This document shows positions 33,969 to 44,856 of a stretch of 64,000 nucleotides of DNA, one piece after another; position 1 is the first letter of the stretch; the number at the start of each line of letters is the position of its first letter. Origin of the DNA: Escherichia coli (GTDB lineage: Bacteria > Pseudomonadota > Gammaproteobacteria > Enterobacterales > Enterobacteriaceae); the NCBI RefSeq assembly GCF_045037415.1, contig NZ_CP173438.1; one strand, 5' to 3'. The notes under the pieces are model-generated. The model searched no databases, was not told where the DNA came from, and was given only the letters and a program-made list of their open reading frames with translations. The position numbers and the translations under genes were made by a program.

Positions 33969-35136
33969 TCCACAACCGCTGGGCGGCAAAATCATCAGTA
34001 AACCGGTCATGATTTTTGGACCGTTAATCGTCATCTGTATGCTCCTGATTGTGAAGCGTCTGGTGTTCGGTCTGGGCTCTGTCTCTGACCTGAACGGCGG
34101 CTTCCCGTGGGGCGTGTGGATCGCGTTTGACCTGTTGATCGGCACCGGCTTTGCCTGTGGCGGCTGGGCGCTGGCGTGGGCGGTATACGTCTTTAACCGT
34201 GGGCAATACCATCCGCTGGTGCGTCCGGCGCTGTTGGCGAGTCTGTTTGGTTACTCACTAGGTGGCTTGTCGATCACTATCGACGTGGGTCGCTACTGGA
34301 ACCTGCCGTACTTCTACATTCCGGGTCACTTCAACGTGAACTCGGTACTGTTCGAGACGGCGGTCTGTATGACCATCTATATCGGCGTGATGGCACTGGA
34401 GTTTGCTCCGGCACTGTTTGAACGTCTGGGCTGGAAGGTGTCGCTACAGCGTCTGAACAAGGTGATGTTCTTCATCATCGCGCTCGGTGCGCTGCTGCCG
34501 ACCATGCACCAGTCTTCAATGGGGTCGCTGATGATCTCGGCGGGCTACAAGGTGCATCCGCTGTGGCAGAGCTATGAAATGTTGCCGCTGTTCTCGCTGC
34601 TGACGGCGTTCATCATGGGCTTCTCGATTGTCATCTTTGAAGGTTCACTGGTGCAGGCGGGTCTGCGTGGCAACGGTCCGGATGAAAAGAGCCTGTTCGT
34701 CAAGCTGACCAACACCATCAGTGTGTTGCTGGCGATTTTCATCGTGCTGCGCTTTGGCGAGCTTATCTATCGCGACAAGCTGTCGTTAGCGTTTGCCGGT
34801 GACTTCTACTCCGTGATGTTCTGGATTGAAGTCCTGCTGATGCTCTTCCCGCTGGTCGTTCTGCGTGTGGCGAAGCTGCGTAATGATTCCCGCATGCTGT
34901 TCCTGTCAGCACTGAGCGCACTGTTAGGTTGTGCAACCTGGCGTCTGACCTATTCGCTGGTGGCATTCAACCCGGGCGGCGGTTACGCCTACTTCCCGAC
35001 CTGGGAAGAACTGTTGATTTCTATTGGTTTTGTGGCTATTGAGATTTGCGCTTACATCGTACTCATTCGTCTACTGCCGATACTTCCTCCTTTAAAACAA
35101 AACGATCATAATCGTCATGAGGCGAGCAAAGCATGA
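33958..35136 (+). CDS. hybB: Hydrogenase 2 integral membrane subunit
   Basis: 392-aa polytopic membrane protein; start overlaps the hybA 3' end. Confidence 0.95.
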   Translation: MSHDPQPLGGKIISKPVMIFGPLIVICMLLIVKRLVFGLGSVSDLNGGFPWGVWIAFDLLIGTGFACGGWALAWAVYVFNRGQYHPLVRPALLASLFGYSLGGLSITIDVGRYWNLPYFYIPGHFNVNSVLFETAVCMTIYIGVMALEFAPALFERLGWKVSLQRLNKVMFFIIALGALLPTMHQSSMGSLMISAGYKVHPLWQSYEMLPLFSLLTAFIMGFSIVIFEGSLVQAGLRGNGPDEKSLFVKLTNTISVLLAIFIVLRFGELIYRDKLSLAFAGDFYSVMFWIEVLLMLFPLVVLRVAKLRNDSRMLFLSALSALLGCATWRLTYSLVAFNPGGGYAYFPTWEELLISIGFVAIEICAYIVLIRLLPILPPLKQNDHNRHEASKA

Positions 35137-36836
35137 GCCAGAGAATTACTATTGATCCGGTAACCCGTATTGAGGGGCATTTACGCATCGATTGCGAAAT
35201 CGAAAATGGCGTCGTTTCGAAAGCATGGGCTTCCGGTACCATGTGGCGCGGCATGGAAGAGATCGTGAAAAACCGCGATCCGCGCGATGCATGGATGATT
35301 GTGCAACGTATCTGTGGCGTATGTACTACCACTCACGCGCTGTCTTCCGTTCGTGCGGCAGAAAGTGCGCTGAATATCGACGTTCCGGTTAACGCGCAAT
35401 ACATCCGTAACATCATTCTGGCTGCGCACACCACGCATGACCATATCGTTCATTTCTATCAGCTTTCGGCGCTGGACTGGGTGGACATCACTTCTGCACT
35501 GCAAGCTGACCCAACCAAAGCCTCTGAAATGCTGAAAGGCGTTTCGACCTGGCATCTGAACAGTCCGGAAGAGTTCACCAAAGTTCAGAACAAGATTAAA
35601 GATCTGGTTGCCAGCGGTCAGTTGGGTATTTTCGCCAATGGCTACTGGGGTCACCCGGCGATGAAACTGCCGCCGGAAGTGAACCTGATTGCGGTAGCGC
35701 ACTACCTGCAGGCGCTGGAGTGCCAGCGTGACGCTAACCGCGTCGTGGCGCTGCTGGGCGGTAAAACGCCGCACATTCAGAACCTGGCGGTAGGCGGGGT
35801 CGCTAACCCAATCAACCTCGACGGTTTGGGCGTGCTGAACCTTGAGCGCCTGATGTACATCAAGTCTTTCATCGACAAGCTGAGCGACTTTGTTGAACAG
35901 GTTTATAAGGTTGATACCGCAGTTATCGCCGCGTTCTACCCGGAATGGCTGACGCGCGGTAAAGGTGCGGTGAACTACCTGAGCGTGCCGGAATTCCCGA
36001 CCGACAGCAAAAACGGCAGCTTCCTGTTCCCGGGCGGCTACATTGAGAATGCGGATCTGTCCTCGTATCGTCCGATCACTTCTCATTCCGATGAATACCT
36101 GATCAAAGGCATTCAGGAAAGCGCGAAGCACTCCTGGTATAAAGACGAAGCGCCGCAGGCACCGTGGGAAGGTACCACCATTCCGGCTTACGACGGTTGG
36201 TCTGATGACGGTAAATATTCCTGGGTGAAATCGCCGACTTTCTACGGCAAAACGGTAGAAGTGGGTCCGCTGGCTAATATGCTGGTGAAACTGGCGGCAG
36301 GTCGCGAATCTACCCAGAACAAACTGAATGAAATCGTTGCGATTTATCAGAAACTGACTGGCAACACGCTGGAAGTGGCACAGCTGCACTCCACGCTGGG
36401 CCGTATTATTGGTCGTACCGTTCACTGCTGTGAATTGCAGGATATCCTGCAAAACCAATACAGTGCACTGATCACCAATATCGGCAAAGGCGATCACACC
36501 ACCTTTGTGAAGCCGAACATTCCGGCAACGGGTGAGTTCAAAGGTGTTGGCTTCCTCGAAGCGCCGCGCGGTATGCTCTCTCACTGGATGGTTATTAAAG
36601 ACGGTATCATCAGCAACTACCAGGCGGTTGTTCCATCAACCTGGAACTCTGGTCCGCGTAACTTCAATGATGACGTCGGTCCTTACGAGCAGTCGCTGGT
36701 GGGTACACCGGTTGCCGATCCGAATAAACCGCTGGAAGTGGTGCGTACCATTCACTCCTTCGACCCGTGCATGGCCTGTGCGGTACACGTAGTGGATGCC
36801 GACGGCAACGAAGTGGTTTCAGTGAAGGTTCTGTAA
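35133..36836 (+). CDS. hybC: Hydrogenase 2 large ([NiFe]) subunit
   Basis: 567-aa ORF with N-terminal RICGVCTTTH and C-terminal DPCMACAVH nickel-binding motifs. Confidence 0.97.
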   Translation: MSQRITIDPVTRIEGHLRIDCEIENGVVSKAWASGTMWRGMEEIVKNRDPRDAWMIVQRICGVCTTTHALSSVRAAESALNIDVPVNAQYIRNIILAAHTTHDHIVHFYQLSALDWVDITSALQADPTKASEMLKGVSTWHLNSPEEFTKVQNKIKDLVASGQLGIFANGYWGHPAMKLPPEVNLIAVAHYLQALECQRDANRVVALLGGKTPHIQNLAVGGVANPINLDGLGVLNLERLMYIKSFIDKLSDFVEQVYKVDTAVIAAFYPEWLTRGKGAVNYLSVPEFPTDSKNGSFLFPGGYIENADLSSYRPITSHSDEYLIKGIQESAKHSWYKDEAPQAPWEGTTIPAYDGWSDDGKYSWVKSPTFYGKTVEVGPLANMLVKLAAGRESTQNKLNEIVAIYQKLTGNTLEVAQLHSTLGRIIGRTVHCCELQDILQNQYSALITNIGKGDHTTFVKPNIPATGEFKGVGFLEAPRGMLSHWMVIKDGIISNYQAVVPSTWNSGPRNFNDDVGPYEQSLVGTPVADPNKPLEVVRTIHSFDPCMACAVHVVDADGNEVVSVKVL

Positions 36837-37330
36837 TGCGTATTTTAGTCTTAGGGGTCGGCAATATTTTGCTGACCGATGAAGCCATCGGTGTGCGGAT
36901 TGTTGAAGCGTTAGAGCAACGATACATTCTGCCGGATTATGTTGAGATCCTCGATGGCGGCACGGCGGGAATGGAGCTGCTTGGCGACATGGCAAATCGC
37001 GATCATCTGATTATTGCGGATGCCATTGTGTCGAAAAAGAACGCGCCGGGAACGATGATGATCCTGCGGGATGAAGAAGTTCCGGCGTTGTTTACCAACA
37101 AAATCTCTCCGCATCAGCTTGGCCTGGCCGACGTATTGTCGGCCCTGCGCTTCACCGGCGAGTTTCCGAAAAAGCTGACGCTGGTCGGTGTGATCCCGGA
37201 ATCGCTGGAGCCGCACATCGGCTTAACGCCGACGGTTGAAGCAATGATTGAACCTGCGCTTGAGCAGGTTCTGGCTGCGCTGCGCGAATCAGGCGTGGAA
37301 GCTATCCCACGGGAGGCGACTCATGACTGA
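36836..37330 (+). CDS. hybD: Hydrogenase 2 maturation endopeptidase
   Basis: Track ORF 36767..37330; preferred start ATG at 36836 overlapping the hybC stop (TAATG); MRILVLGVGNILLTDEAIG..., 164 aa. Confidence 0.93.
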   Translation: MRILVLGVGNILLTDEAIGVRIVEALEQRYILPDYVEILDGGTAGMELLGDMANRDHLIIADAIVSKKNAPGTMMILRDEEVPALFTNKISPHQLGLADVLSALRFTGEFPKKLTLVGVIPESLEPHIGLTPTVEAMIEPALEQVLAALRESGVEAIPREATHD

Positions 37331-37811
37331 AGAGATAGCAGGTTTCCAGACCTCCCCGAAGGCGCAAGTACAGGCAGCGTTTGAAGAAATTGCCCGGCGT
37401 TCGATGCACGATCTCTCTTTTCTGCATCCCTCAATGCCGGTGTATGTTTCTGACTTTACGCTGTTCGAAGGTCAGTGGACGGGGTGTGTGATCACCCCGT
37501 GGATGCTGAGTGCAGTTATCTTCCCCGGCCCGGATCAACTCTGGCCGCTGCGCAAAGTGAGTGAAAAAATTGGTCTGCAACTGCCGTATGGCACTATGAC
37601 CTTTACCGTTGGCGAACTGGACAGTGTTTCTCAATATCTCTCCTGTTCGCTGATGTCACCGCTTTCGCATAGCATGTCGATTGAAGAGGGCCAACGCCTG
37701 ACGGATGACTGCGCGCGGATGATCCTTTCGCTACCGGTCGCTAATCCGGATGTACCACACGCAGGGCGTCGCGCCCTGCTGTTTGGTCGCAGGAGTGGCG
37801 AAAATGCATGA
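37323..37811 (+). CDS. hybE: Hydrogenase 2-specific chaperone
   Basis: Track ORF 37248..37811; preferred start ATG at 37323 (MTEEIAGFQTSP...), 162 aa. Confidence 0.9.
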   Translation: MTEEIAGFQTSPKAQVQAAFEEIARRSMHDLSFLHPSMPVYVSDFTLFEGQWTGCVITPWMLSAVIFPGPDQLWPLRKVSEKIGLQLPYGTMTFTVGELDSVSQYLSCSLMSPLSHSMSIEEGQRLTDDCARMILSLPVANPDVPHAGRRALLFGRRSGENA

Positions 37812-38145
37812 GTTGTCGCTTTGCCAGAGCGCCGTTGAAATTATCCAACGGCAGGCGGAGCAGCACGATGTTAAGCGCGTCACCGCCGTGTGGCTGGAAA
37901 TTGGCGCGCTCTCCTGCGTTGAGGAGAGCGCCGTCCGTTTTAGTTTTGAAATTGTCTGCCACGGAACGGTGGCGCAAGGGTGCGATTTACATATCGTCTA
38001 TAAACCCGCCCAGGCCTGGTGCTGGGATTGCAGCCAGGTGGTGGAGATTCATCAGCACGATGCGCAGTGTCCGCTCTGTCATGGCGAGCGGTTGCGTGTC
38101 GATACCGGCGATTCGCTGATCGTCAAAAGTATTGAAGTTGAATAA
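37804..38145 (+). CDS. hybF: Hydrogenase nickel-incorporation protein (HypA paralog)
   Basis: Track ORF 37750..38145; preferred start ATG at 37804 (MHELSLCQSAVEII...), 113 aa with the C-terminal CxxC...CxxC zinc motif. Confidence 0.92.
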   Translation: MHELSLCQSAVEIIQRQAEQHDVKRVTAVWLEIGALSCVEESAVRFSFEIVCHGTVAQGCDLHIVYKPAQAWCWDCSQVVEIHQHDAQCPLCHGERLRVDTGDSLIVKSIEVE

Positions 38146-38157
38146 CTGGAGTTAACA

Positions 38158-38406
38158 ATGTGTATTGGCGTTCCAGGCCAGGTGCTGGCTGTCGGTGAAG
38201 ATATTCACCAGCTTGCGCAGGTTGAAGTATGTGGTATCAAGCGCGACGTGAATATCGCCCTGATTTGTGAAGGTAACCCTGCCGATCTGCTGGGCCAGTG
38301 GGTGCTGGTACACGTCGGATTTGCCATGAGCATCATCGACGAAGATGAAGCCAAAGCCACATTAGACGCACTGCGCCAAATGGATTACGACATTACCAGC
38401 GCGTGA
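38158..38406 (+). CDS. hybG: Hydrogenase maturation factor (HypC paralog)
   Basis: 82-aa ORF starting MCIGVPGQV..., the HypC-family N-terminal Cys signature. Confidence 0.93.
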
Positions 38407-38414
38407 TGATTAAA

Positions 38415-38447
38415 GCCGGATGCGGCGTAAATGCTTTATCCGGCTAC
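38415..38447. repeat. REP (repetitive extragenic palindrome) element downstream of hybG
   Basis: GCCGGATGCGGCGTAAATGCTTTATCCGGCTAC closely matches the enterobacterial REP consensus. Confidence 0.75.
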
Positions 38448-38475
38448 ATAGCGATAAGCCTGCCAATGTTGCGAC

Positions 38476-39342
38476 TTACCCCTGACGCTTATCTTCCGTA
38501 TTCGTCTCGAAATCACTGGCGTCATGGCGCTCATGCAACTGCTCGTTCAGCGGCCCGTTGGTGCGGTTAACAATACGCCCACGCTTCACCGCCGGACGTT
38601 CGCCCACTTCTTTCGCCCAGCGTTGCACGTGCTTATAACTGCCCGCATCCAGAAACTCTGCGGCATCATACACGCCGCCTAACACCACGTTGCCAAACCA
38701 CGGCCAGATCGCCATATCCGCAATGGTGTACTCATCGCCCGCAACAAACTTGTGCTGCGCCAGTTGCTTATCCAGCACGTCGAGCAGGCGCTTGGCTTCC
38801 ATGGTAAAGCGGTTGATGGCGTACTCAATTTTCACCGGCGCGTAATGGTAAAAGTGACCAAAACCACCGCCGAGGAACGGTGCCGCGCCCTGTAACCAGA
38901 ACAGCCAGTTCATCGTTTCAGTACGCTTTGCCAAATCCTGCGGCAGGAAGTAGCCAAATTTCTCCGCCAGATAAAGCAGAATCGATCCAGACTCAAACAC
39001 GCGGATCGGTGGATTATGGGTATGGTCGCGCAGCGCCGGGATCTTCGAGTTTGGGTTCACTTCGACAAAGCCGCTGGAGAATTGATCGCCATCGCCAATA
39101 CGAATCAGCCAGGCGTCGTACTCTGCACCAGTAACGCCCAGTGCCAGCAGCTCCTCAAGCATAATCGTTACTTTCTGACCGTTCGGCGTTCCCAGCGAAT
39201 AAAGTTGCAATGGATGTTTGCCCACCGGCAGCGTTTTTTCATGCGTCGGACCAGAAACCGGGCGATTGATACTGGCGAACGCGCCGCCAGCGGATTTATC
39301 CCACGTCCAGACTTTCGCGGGCTGATAAGTATTGTCTGTCAT
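38476..39342 (-). CDS. yghU: Nu-class glutathione S-transferase-like disulfide reductase YghU
   Basis: Track ORF 38476..39390; preferred start ATG at 39342 (MTDNTYQPAKVWTWDKSAGG...), 288 aa. Confidence 0.9.
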   Translation of the reverse strand: MTDNTYQPAKVWTWDKSAGGAFASINRPVSGPTHEKTLPVGKHPLQLYSLGTPNGQKVTIMLEELLALGVTGAEYDAWLIRIGDGDQFSSGFVEVNPNSKIPALRDHTHNPPIRVFESGSILLYLAEKFGYFLPQDLAKRTETMNWLFWLQGAAPFLGGGFGHFYHYAPVKIEYAINRFTMEAKRLLDVLDKQLAQHKFVAGDEYTIADMAIWPWFGNVVLGGVYDAAEFLDAGSYKHVQRWAKEVGERPAVKRGRIVNRTNGPLNEQLHERHDASDFETNTEDKRQG

Positions 39343-39546
39343 AGTGAGTTGCCTTCTGAGTGGTAGTGTTGAAGCAGTGTAGCAGGTCACTTGCTGTACA
39401 GAATGTGAATTTTTTAACCCTTTGCGCCAGCCGCTGCGATGAGGTGTATGATTAGTCTGACCTCTGTCCGGTTAATGTCGCTGAGCAGGTAATCAGAGCA
39501 CAACAATTACGCCAACTGCTTAGGTTGTATTGTTAAAGGTAAAGTG

Positions 39547-41406
39547 ATGAGCAAAGGAACGACCAGCCAGGATGCCCCGTTCGGGACATTATTGGGCTAC
39601 GCCCCAGGTGGGGTAGCAATCTACTCTTCAGATTACAGTTCTCTCGATCCGCAGGAATACGAAGATGACGCCGTATTCCGTAGCTATATCGACGATGAAT
39701 ATATGGGCCACAAATGGCAATGCGTTGAATTTGCTCGCCGTTTTCTCTTTCTGAACTACGGTGTAGTCTTCACTGACGTGGGTATGGCATGGGAGATTTT
39801 CTCACTGCGCTTCCTGCGTGAAGTGGTCAATGACAACATCCTGCCATTGCAGGCATTTCCTAACGGTTCGCCGCGTGCACCGGTAGCGGGGGCGCTTCTT
39901 ATCTGGGATAAAGGCGGTGAATTTAAAGACACTGGCCATGTCGCCATCATTACCCAATTGCATGGCAACAAAGTCCGTATTGCGGAACAGAACGTGATTC
40001 ATACCCCGTTGCCGCAAGGGCAACAGTGGACACGCGAGCTGGAGATGGTGGTCGAAAACGGCGGCTATACCCTGAAAGACACCTTCGATGACACCACTAT
40101 TCTGGGCTGGATGATCCAGACGGAAGATACCGAATACAGCTTGCCACAGCCGGAAATTGCAGGCGAACTGCTGAAAATCAGCGGGGCGCGTCTGGAAAAC
40201 AAAGGCCAGTTTGACGGTAAATGGCTGGATGAAAAAGATCCGCTGCAAAACGCCTATGTACAGGCCAACGGCCAGGTGATCAATCAGGATCCGTATCATT
40301 ACTACACCATTACCGAGAGTGCCGAGCAGGAGCTGATTAAAGCCACCAACGAGCTGCACCTGATGTATCTTCACGCCACCGACAAGGTGCTGAAAGATGA
40401 CAACCTGCTGGCGCTGTTTGACATTCCGAAAATCCTCTGGCCACGTTTGCGTCTCTCCTGGCAGCGTCGCCGTCATCATATGATCACTGGTCGTATGGAT
40501 TTCTGCATGGATGAACGTGGCCTGAAAGTCTACGAATACAACGCCGATTCTGCCTCCTGTCATACCGAAGCGGGCTTGATCCTCGAACGTTGGGCGGAGC
40601 AGGGCTATAAAGGCAACGGCTTCAATCCTGCGGAAGGACTGATTAACGAACTGGCTGGCGCGTGGAAACACAGTCGTGCACGTCCGTTTGTCCATATCAT
40701 GCAGGACAAAGATATCGAGGAAAACTATCACGCGCAGTTTATGGAGCAGGCGCTGCACCAGGCGGGCTTTGAAACGCGTATCTTGCGTGGGTTGGATGAA
40801 CTGGGCTGGGATGCTGCCGGGCAACTGATTGATGGGGAAGGGCGACTGGTTAACTGCGTATGGAAAACCTGGGCGTGGGAAACGGCATTTGATCAAATCC
40901 GCGAAGTGAGCGACCGTGAATTTGCCGCAGTGCCGATCCGTACCGGGCATCCACAAAATGAAGTGCGTCTTATCGACGTATTGCTGCGCCCGGAAGTGTT
41001 GGTTTTTGAGCCGCTATGGACGGTGATCCCCGGTAACAAAGCGATTCTGCCGATCCTCTGGTCTCTGTTCCCGCACCATCGTTATCTGTTGGATACTGAC
41101 TTCACCGTGAATGATGAGCTGGTGAAAACCGGTTATGCCGTTAAACCGATTGCCGGGCGCTGTGGTAGCAACATTGACCTGGTCAGCCATCATGAAGAGG
41201 TGCTTGATCAGACCAGTGGTAAATTTGCCGAACAGAAAAATATTTACCAGCAACTGTGGTGTTTGCCGAAAGTGGACGGTAAATACATTCAGGTATGTAC
41301 CTTCACCGTTGGCGGCAACTACGGTGGGACGTGTTTGCGCGGTGATGAATCACTGGTCATCAAAAAAGAGAGTGATATTGAACCGTTAATTGTGGTGAAA
41401 AAGTAA
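39547..41406 (+). CDS. gss: Bifunctional glutathionylspermidine synthetase/amidase
   Basis: Track ORF 39544 starts at GTG; ATG at 39547 gives MSKGTTSQDAPFGTLLGY..., 619 aa, N-terminal CHAP amidase plus C-terminal ATP-grasp synthetase. Confidence 0.95.
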   Translation: MSKGTTSQDAPFGTLLGYAPGGVAIYSSDYSSLDPQEYEDDAVFRSYIDDEYMGHKWQCVEFARRFLFLNYGVVFTDVGMAWEIFSLRFLREVVNDNILPLQAFPNGSPRAPVAGALLIWDKGGEFKDTGHVAIITQLHGNKVRIAEQNVIHTPLPQGQQWTRELEMVVENGGYTLKDTFDDTTILGWMIQTEDTEYSLPQPEIAGELLKISGARLENKGQFDGKWLDEKDPLQNAYVQANGQVINQDPYHYYTITESAEQELIKATNELHLMYLHATDKVLKDDNLLALFDIPKILWPRLRLSWQRRRHHMITGRMDFCMDERGLKVYEYNADSASCHTEAGLILERWAEQGYKGNGFNPAEGLINELAGAWKHSRARPFVHIMQDKDIEENYHAQFMEQALHQAGFETRILRGLDELGWDAAGQLIDGEGRLVNCVWKTWAWETAFDQIREVSDREFAAVPIRTGHPQNEVRLIDVLLRPEVLVFEPLWTVIPGNKAILPILWSLFPHHRYLLDTDFTVNDELVKTGYAVKPIAGRCGSNIDLVSHHEEVLDQTSGKFAEQKNIYQQLWCLPKVDGKYIQVCTFTVGGNYGGTCLRGDESLVIKKESDIEPLIVVKK

Positions 41407-41697
41407 TACATGTTGTAGCAACCCCGTACTGATTATGAAGAATAATCAGTACGGGGATTAATCAAAACATTCAATATTTATATATTCCAATATTTATTCA
41501 TTTTATATGTGAATATATTAACCAGCAGAATACCTGTGTTTTGATTATTTCTAAAGGTTTTGAATGAATGCTTATTGTCTGATACACAAGAAATAACACG
41601 CTTTTTATCGTTAAAAAATGATATTTCACTTTGCCCATGCCGTTAAAGTCACTGATAATGCGTCCGTTCGTAAATTCAAAATGGCGTAATCTAATAT

Positions 41698-43197
41698 ATG
41701 CTAAATTTATTTGTTGGCCTTGATATATACACAGGGCTTTTGTTATTACTTGCTCTGGCATTTGTGTTGTTCTACGAAGCAATCAATGGTTTTCATGACA
41801 CGGCGAATGCGGTGGCAACCGTTATTTATACTCGTGCCATGCAACCACAACTTGCTGTGGTGATGGCGGCATTTTTTAATTTTTTTGGCGTGTTATTGGG
41901 CGGACTTAGCGTTGCCTATGCCATTGTCCATATGTTACCAACCGATTTGTTGCTGAATATGGGGTCAACTCACGGCCTGGCGATGGTCTTTTCCATGCTG
42001 CTGGCGGCGATTATCTGGAACCTGGGAACGTGGTTCTTTGGTTTACCGGCCTCCAGTTCGCACACCTTGATTGGTGCGATTATCGGCATCGGTTTAACCA
42101 ACGCGCTGTTAACCGGCTCATCGGTGATGGATGCGTTAAACCTGCGTGAAGTGACCAAAATTTTCTCCTCGCTGATTGTTTCCCCTATCGTCGGCCTGGT
42201 CATTGCGGGTGGTCTGATTTTCCTGCTGCGCCGTTTCTGGAGCGGGACGAAAAAGCGTGACCGTATTCACCGCATTCCGGAAGATCGCAAAAAGAAAAAA
42301 GGCAAACGTAAGCCGCCATTCTGGACGCGTATTGCGCTGATTGTTTCCGCTGCGGGCGTGGCGTTTTCGCACGGCGCTAACGACGGGCAGAAAGGGATCG
42401 GCCTGGTAATGCTGGTACTGGTGGGGATTGCCCCTGCTGGCTTCGTCGTCAATATGAACGCGTCCGGCTATGAAATTACCCGTACCCGCGATGCCGTCAC
42501 CAACTTCGAACACTACCTGCAACAGCATCCTGAACTGCCGCAGAAGTTGATTGCGATGGAACCTCCATTGCCTGCGGCATCGACTGATGGCGCGCAAGTG
42601 ACGGAGTTTCACTGTCATCCGGCAAATACCTTTGATGCGATTGCGCGCGTTAAAACGATGCTGCCAGGCAATATGGAAAGCTACGAGCCGTTAAGCGTGA
42701 GTCAGCGCAGCCAGCTGCGCCGCATTATGCTGTGCATCTCTGATACTTCCGCGAAGCTGGCGAAACTGCCAGGCGTCAGTAAAGAAGACCAGAACCTGCT
42801 GAAAAAACTGCGCAGCGATATGTTAAGCACCATTGAGTACGCACCGGTATGGATCATCATGGCAGTAGCACTGGCGCTCGGCATTGGCACCATGATTGGC
42901 TGGCGTCGTGTAGCGATGACCATCGGTGAGAAGATTGGTAAGCGCGGCATGACGTATGCGCAAGGCATGGCGGCACAAATGACGGCGGCAGTGTCTATCG
43001 GCCTTGCCAGTTATATTGGGATGCCCGTCTCCACAACACACGTACTCTCATCTGCCGTAGCAGGAACGATGGTGGTGGACGGCGGTGGGTTACAGCGTAA
43101 AACGGTAACCAGCATCCTGATGGCGTGGGTGTTTACTTTACCGGCGGCGATTTTTCTTTCTGGTGGGTTGTACTGGATAGCATTGCAGTTGATTTAA
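41698..43197 (+). CDS. pitB: Low-affinity inorganic phosphate transporter (PiT family)
   Basis: 499-aa [44 protein letters not shown]... with the PiT GANDGQK signature. Confidence 0.95.
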   Translation: MLNLFVGLDIYTGLLLLLALAFVLFYEAINGFHDTANAVATVIYTRAMQPQLAVVMAAFFNFFGVLLGGLSVAYAIVHMLPTDLLLNMGSTHGLAMVFSMLLAAIIWNLGTWFFGLPASSSHTLIGAIIGIGLTNALLTGSSVMDALNLREVTKIFSSLIVSPIVGLVIAGGLIFLLRRFWSGTKKRDRIHRIPEDRKKKKGKRKPPFWTRIALIVSAAGVAFSHGANDGQKGIGLVMLVLVGIAPAGFVVNMNASGYEITRTRDAVTNFEHYLQQHPELPQKLIAMEPPLPAASTDGAQVTEFHCHPANTFDAIARVKTMLPGNMESYEPLSVSQRSQLRRIMLCISDTSAKLAKLPGVSKEDQNLLKKLRSDMLSTIEYAPVWIIMAVALALGIGTMIGWRRVAMTIGEKIGKRGMTYAQGMAAQMTAAVSIGLASYIGMPVSTTHVLSSAVAGTMVVDGGGLQRKTVTSILMAWVFTLPAAIFLSGGLYWIALQLI

Positions 43198-43245
43198 CCT
43201 TCCTGAAAATGCCCGGTCCTGGCGATCGGGCATTTCCATTTTTGA

Positions 43246-43938
43246 CTAGTGATAACCACGCGCGGTCATAAAATCCGTAATCGCTTTTTCTGCATCAATC
43301 AGCACCTTTTCCAGTGGCTGATTAGCATCGATATCAACCAGTTGTGCACCGCCAAAGGTTAACTGTGGCGTTATGGCAATCTTCCTCGCCAGCGATTCCC
43401 GTTTATGGTCGGGTTTACGCGCGCAGGCAACTTCAAGGTCAACATTGAGTTTGATGACCAGATCAGGTTTATGGCTCGCCATCCAGTGAAACGCTTTACG
43501 TTCCTGGCTTGCCAGCCATGAGACAAAACGACCACCTTCAATGTTAGGTGGGAACACTGTACCATCGTAAGCGCCAGGAATTTGGTCCTGAGGATAACGG
43601 TCGGTTAGAACAATTAACCCGCGACGACGACAGGCAAGCATATGACGAAAGCGCAGTAAGCGACGGGCGACAAACGCTGTAATTACCAGCGCCGGAACTG
43701 GTCCTGGCAATTTTTTTGCTGTTTTCACCTGATTTCGTTCAATTGTTTTATGTAAGGATTTTCCCATCAACGGTAATTTTGTCACTGAACGACCGACATT
43801 TCCGGCCTGTTTTCCTAAATGAACTCTTTCGGCAGCACCATATTTTTCGACAACGGTAATGAGATGTTCACACACCGTTGACTTGCCTGAACCATCGCTA
43901 CCAATAACGGCAATTAATGGAGGTGTTATTGACTGCAT
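43246..43938 (-). CDS. yghT: P-loop nucleotide/nucleoside-kinase-like protein YghT
   Basis: 230-aa ORF with Walker [10 protein letters not shown], a TDRYPQ motif and a lid-like ARKPDH block; paralogous to the two following genes. Confidence 0.85.
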   Translation of the reverse strand: MQSITPPLIAVIGSDGSGKSTVCEHLITVVEKYGAAERVHLGKQAGNVGRSVTKLPLMGKSLHKTIERNQVKTAKKLPGPVPALVITAFVARRLLRFRHMLACRRRGLIVLTDRYPQDQIPGAYDGTVFPPNIEGGRFVSWLASQERKAFHWMASHKPDLVIKLNVDLEVACARKPDHKRESLARKIAITPQLTFGGAQLVDIDANQPLEKVLIDAEKAITDFMTARGYH

Positions 43939-44111
43939 GAATATATCCTTTAATTTAAATATCCATTAAAAATATTTATTTGGTTAATATGTTTTTATGA
44001 AAGCGTAATTCAGGTCAATGTCACAATTAACCATTGTCACAATAAGGTTGAACGGATATTCTGAGCACGGACCACGTAATATTCAATACATTATTTGCTG
44101 CCGGGTTTTTC

Positions 44112-44825
44112 GTGAATCAACGTAATATGTCAATAATTAATTCCACGCCAGTGCGTGTTATTGCCATTGTAGGATGTGATGGTTCAGGTAAATCGACCCT
44201 CACGGCAAGCCTGGTAAATGAACTGGCAGCAACAATGCCAACAGAACACATTTATCTCGGGCAATCGTCCGGGCGAATTGGCGAATGGATTTCACAGCTC
44301 CCTGTTATTGGCGCACCTTTTGGGCGTTATCTGCGAAGTAAAGCGGCACATGTGCACGAAAAGCCCTCCACACCGCCTGGCAATATGACTGCGCTGGTTA
44401 TCTATCTGCTTTCCTGCTGGCGGGCGTATAAGTTTCGCAAAATGTTGTGTAAAAGCCAGCAAGGCTATCTGCTCATCACCGACCGCTACCCGCAGGTTGA
44501 AGTGCCGGGTTTTCGCTTTGATGGCCCGCAATTGGCAAAAACCACGGGCGGTAACGGTTGGATAAAAATGTTAAGGCAGCGCGAGCTGAAGCTGTACCAA
44601 TGGATGGCATCTTATTTGCCCGTATTGTTGATTCGTCTTGGCATTGATGAACAAACCGCGTTTGCGCGTAAACCTGACCACCAACTGGCGGCGTTACAGG
44701 AAAAAATCGCCGTTACGCCGCAACTGACATTTAATGGCGCCAGGATCCTTGAACTGGATGGTCGGCAACCAGCCGATGAAATTCTGCAAGCGTCACTACG
44801 CGCAATTCAAGCTGCGCTTTCCTGA
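44112..44825 (+). CDS. yghS: P-loop kinase-like protein YghS
   Basis: 237-aa ORF starting at GTG (44112); Walker A GCDGSGKST, TDRYPQ, ARKPDH. Confidence 0.85.
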   Translation: MNQRNMSIINSTPVRVIAIVGCDGSGKSTLTASLVNELAATMPTEHIYLGQSSGRIGEWISQLPVIGAPFGRYLRSKAAHVHEKPSTPPGNMTALVIYLLSCWRAYKFRKMLCKSQQGYLLITDRYPQVEVPGFRFDGPQLAKTTGGNGWIKMLRQRELKLYQWMASYLPVLLIRLGIDEQTAFARKPDHQLAALQEKIAVTPQLTFNGARILELDGRQPADEILQASLRAIQAALS

Positions 44826-44856
44826 TCACCAAAATGGATAGGGGATGATTTAACGA

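Noticed and set aside
35181-36584. 467-aa minus-strand ORF opposite hybC
   Set aside because: Antisense to the hydrogenase large-subunit gene, whose sense-strand product has unmistakable [NiFe] motifs; shadow ORF.
39802-40956. 384-aa minus-strand ORF opposite gss
   Set aside because: Antisense to gss; no recognisable domain.
41498-41782. 94-aa minus-strand ORF in the AT-rich region upstream of pitB
   Set aside because: Lies in the pitB promoter/leader and overlaps the pitB start; AT-rich with no ribosome-binding site or family resemblance; likely spurious.
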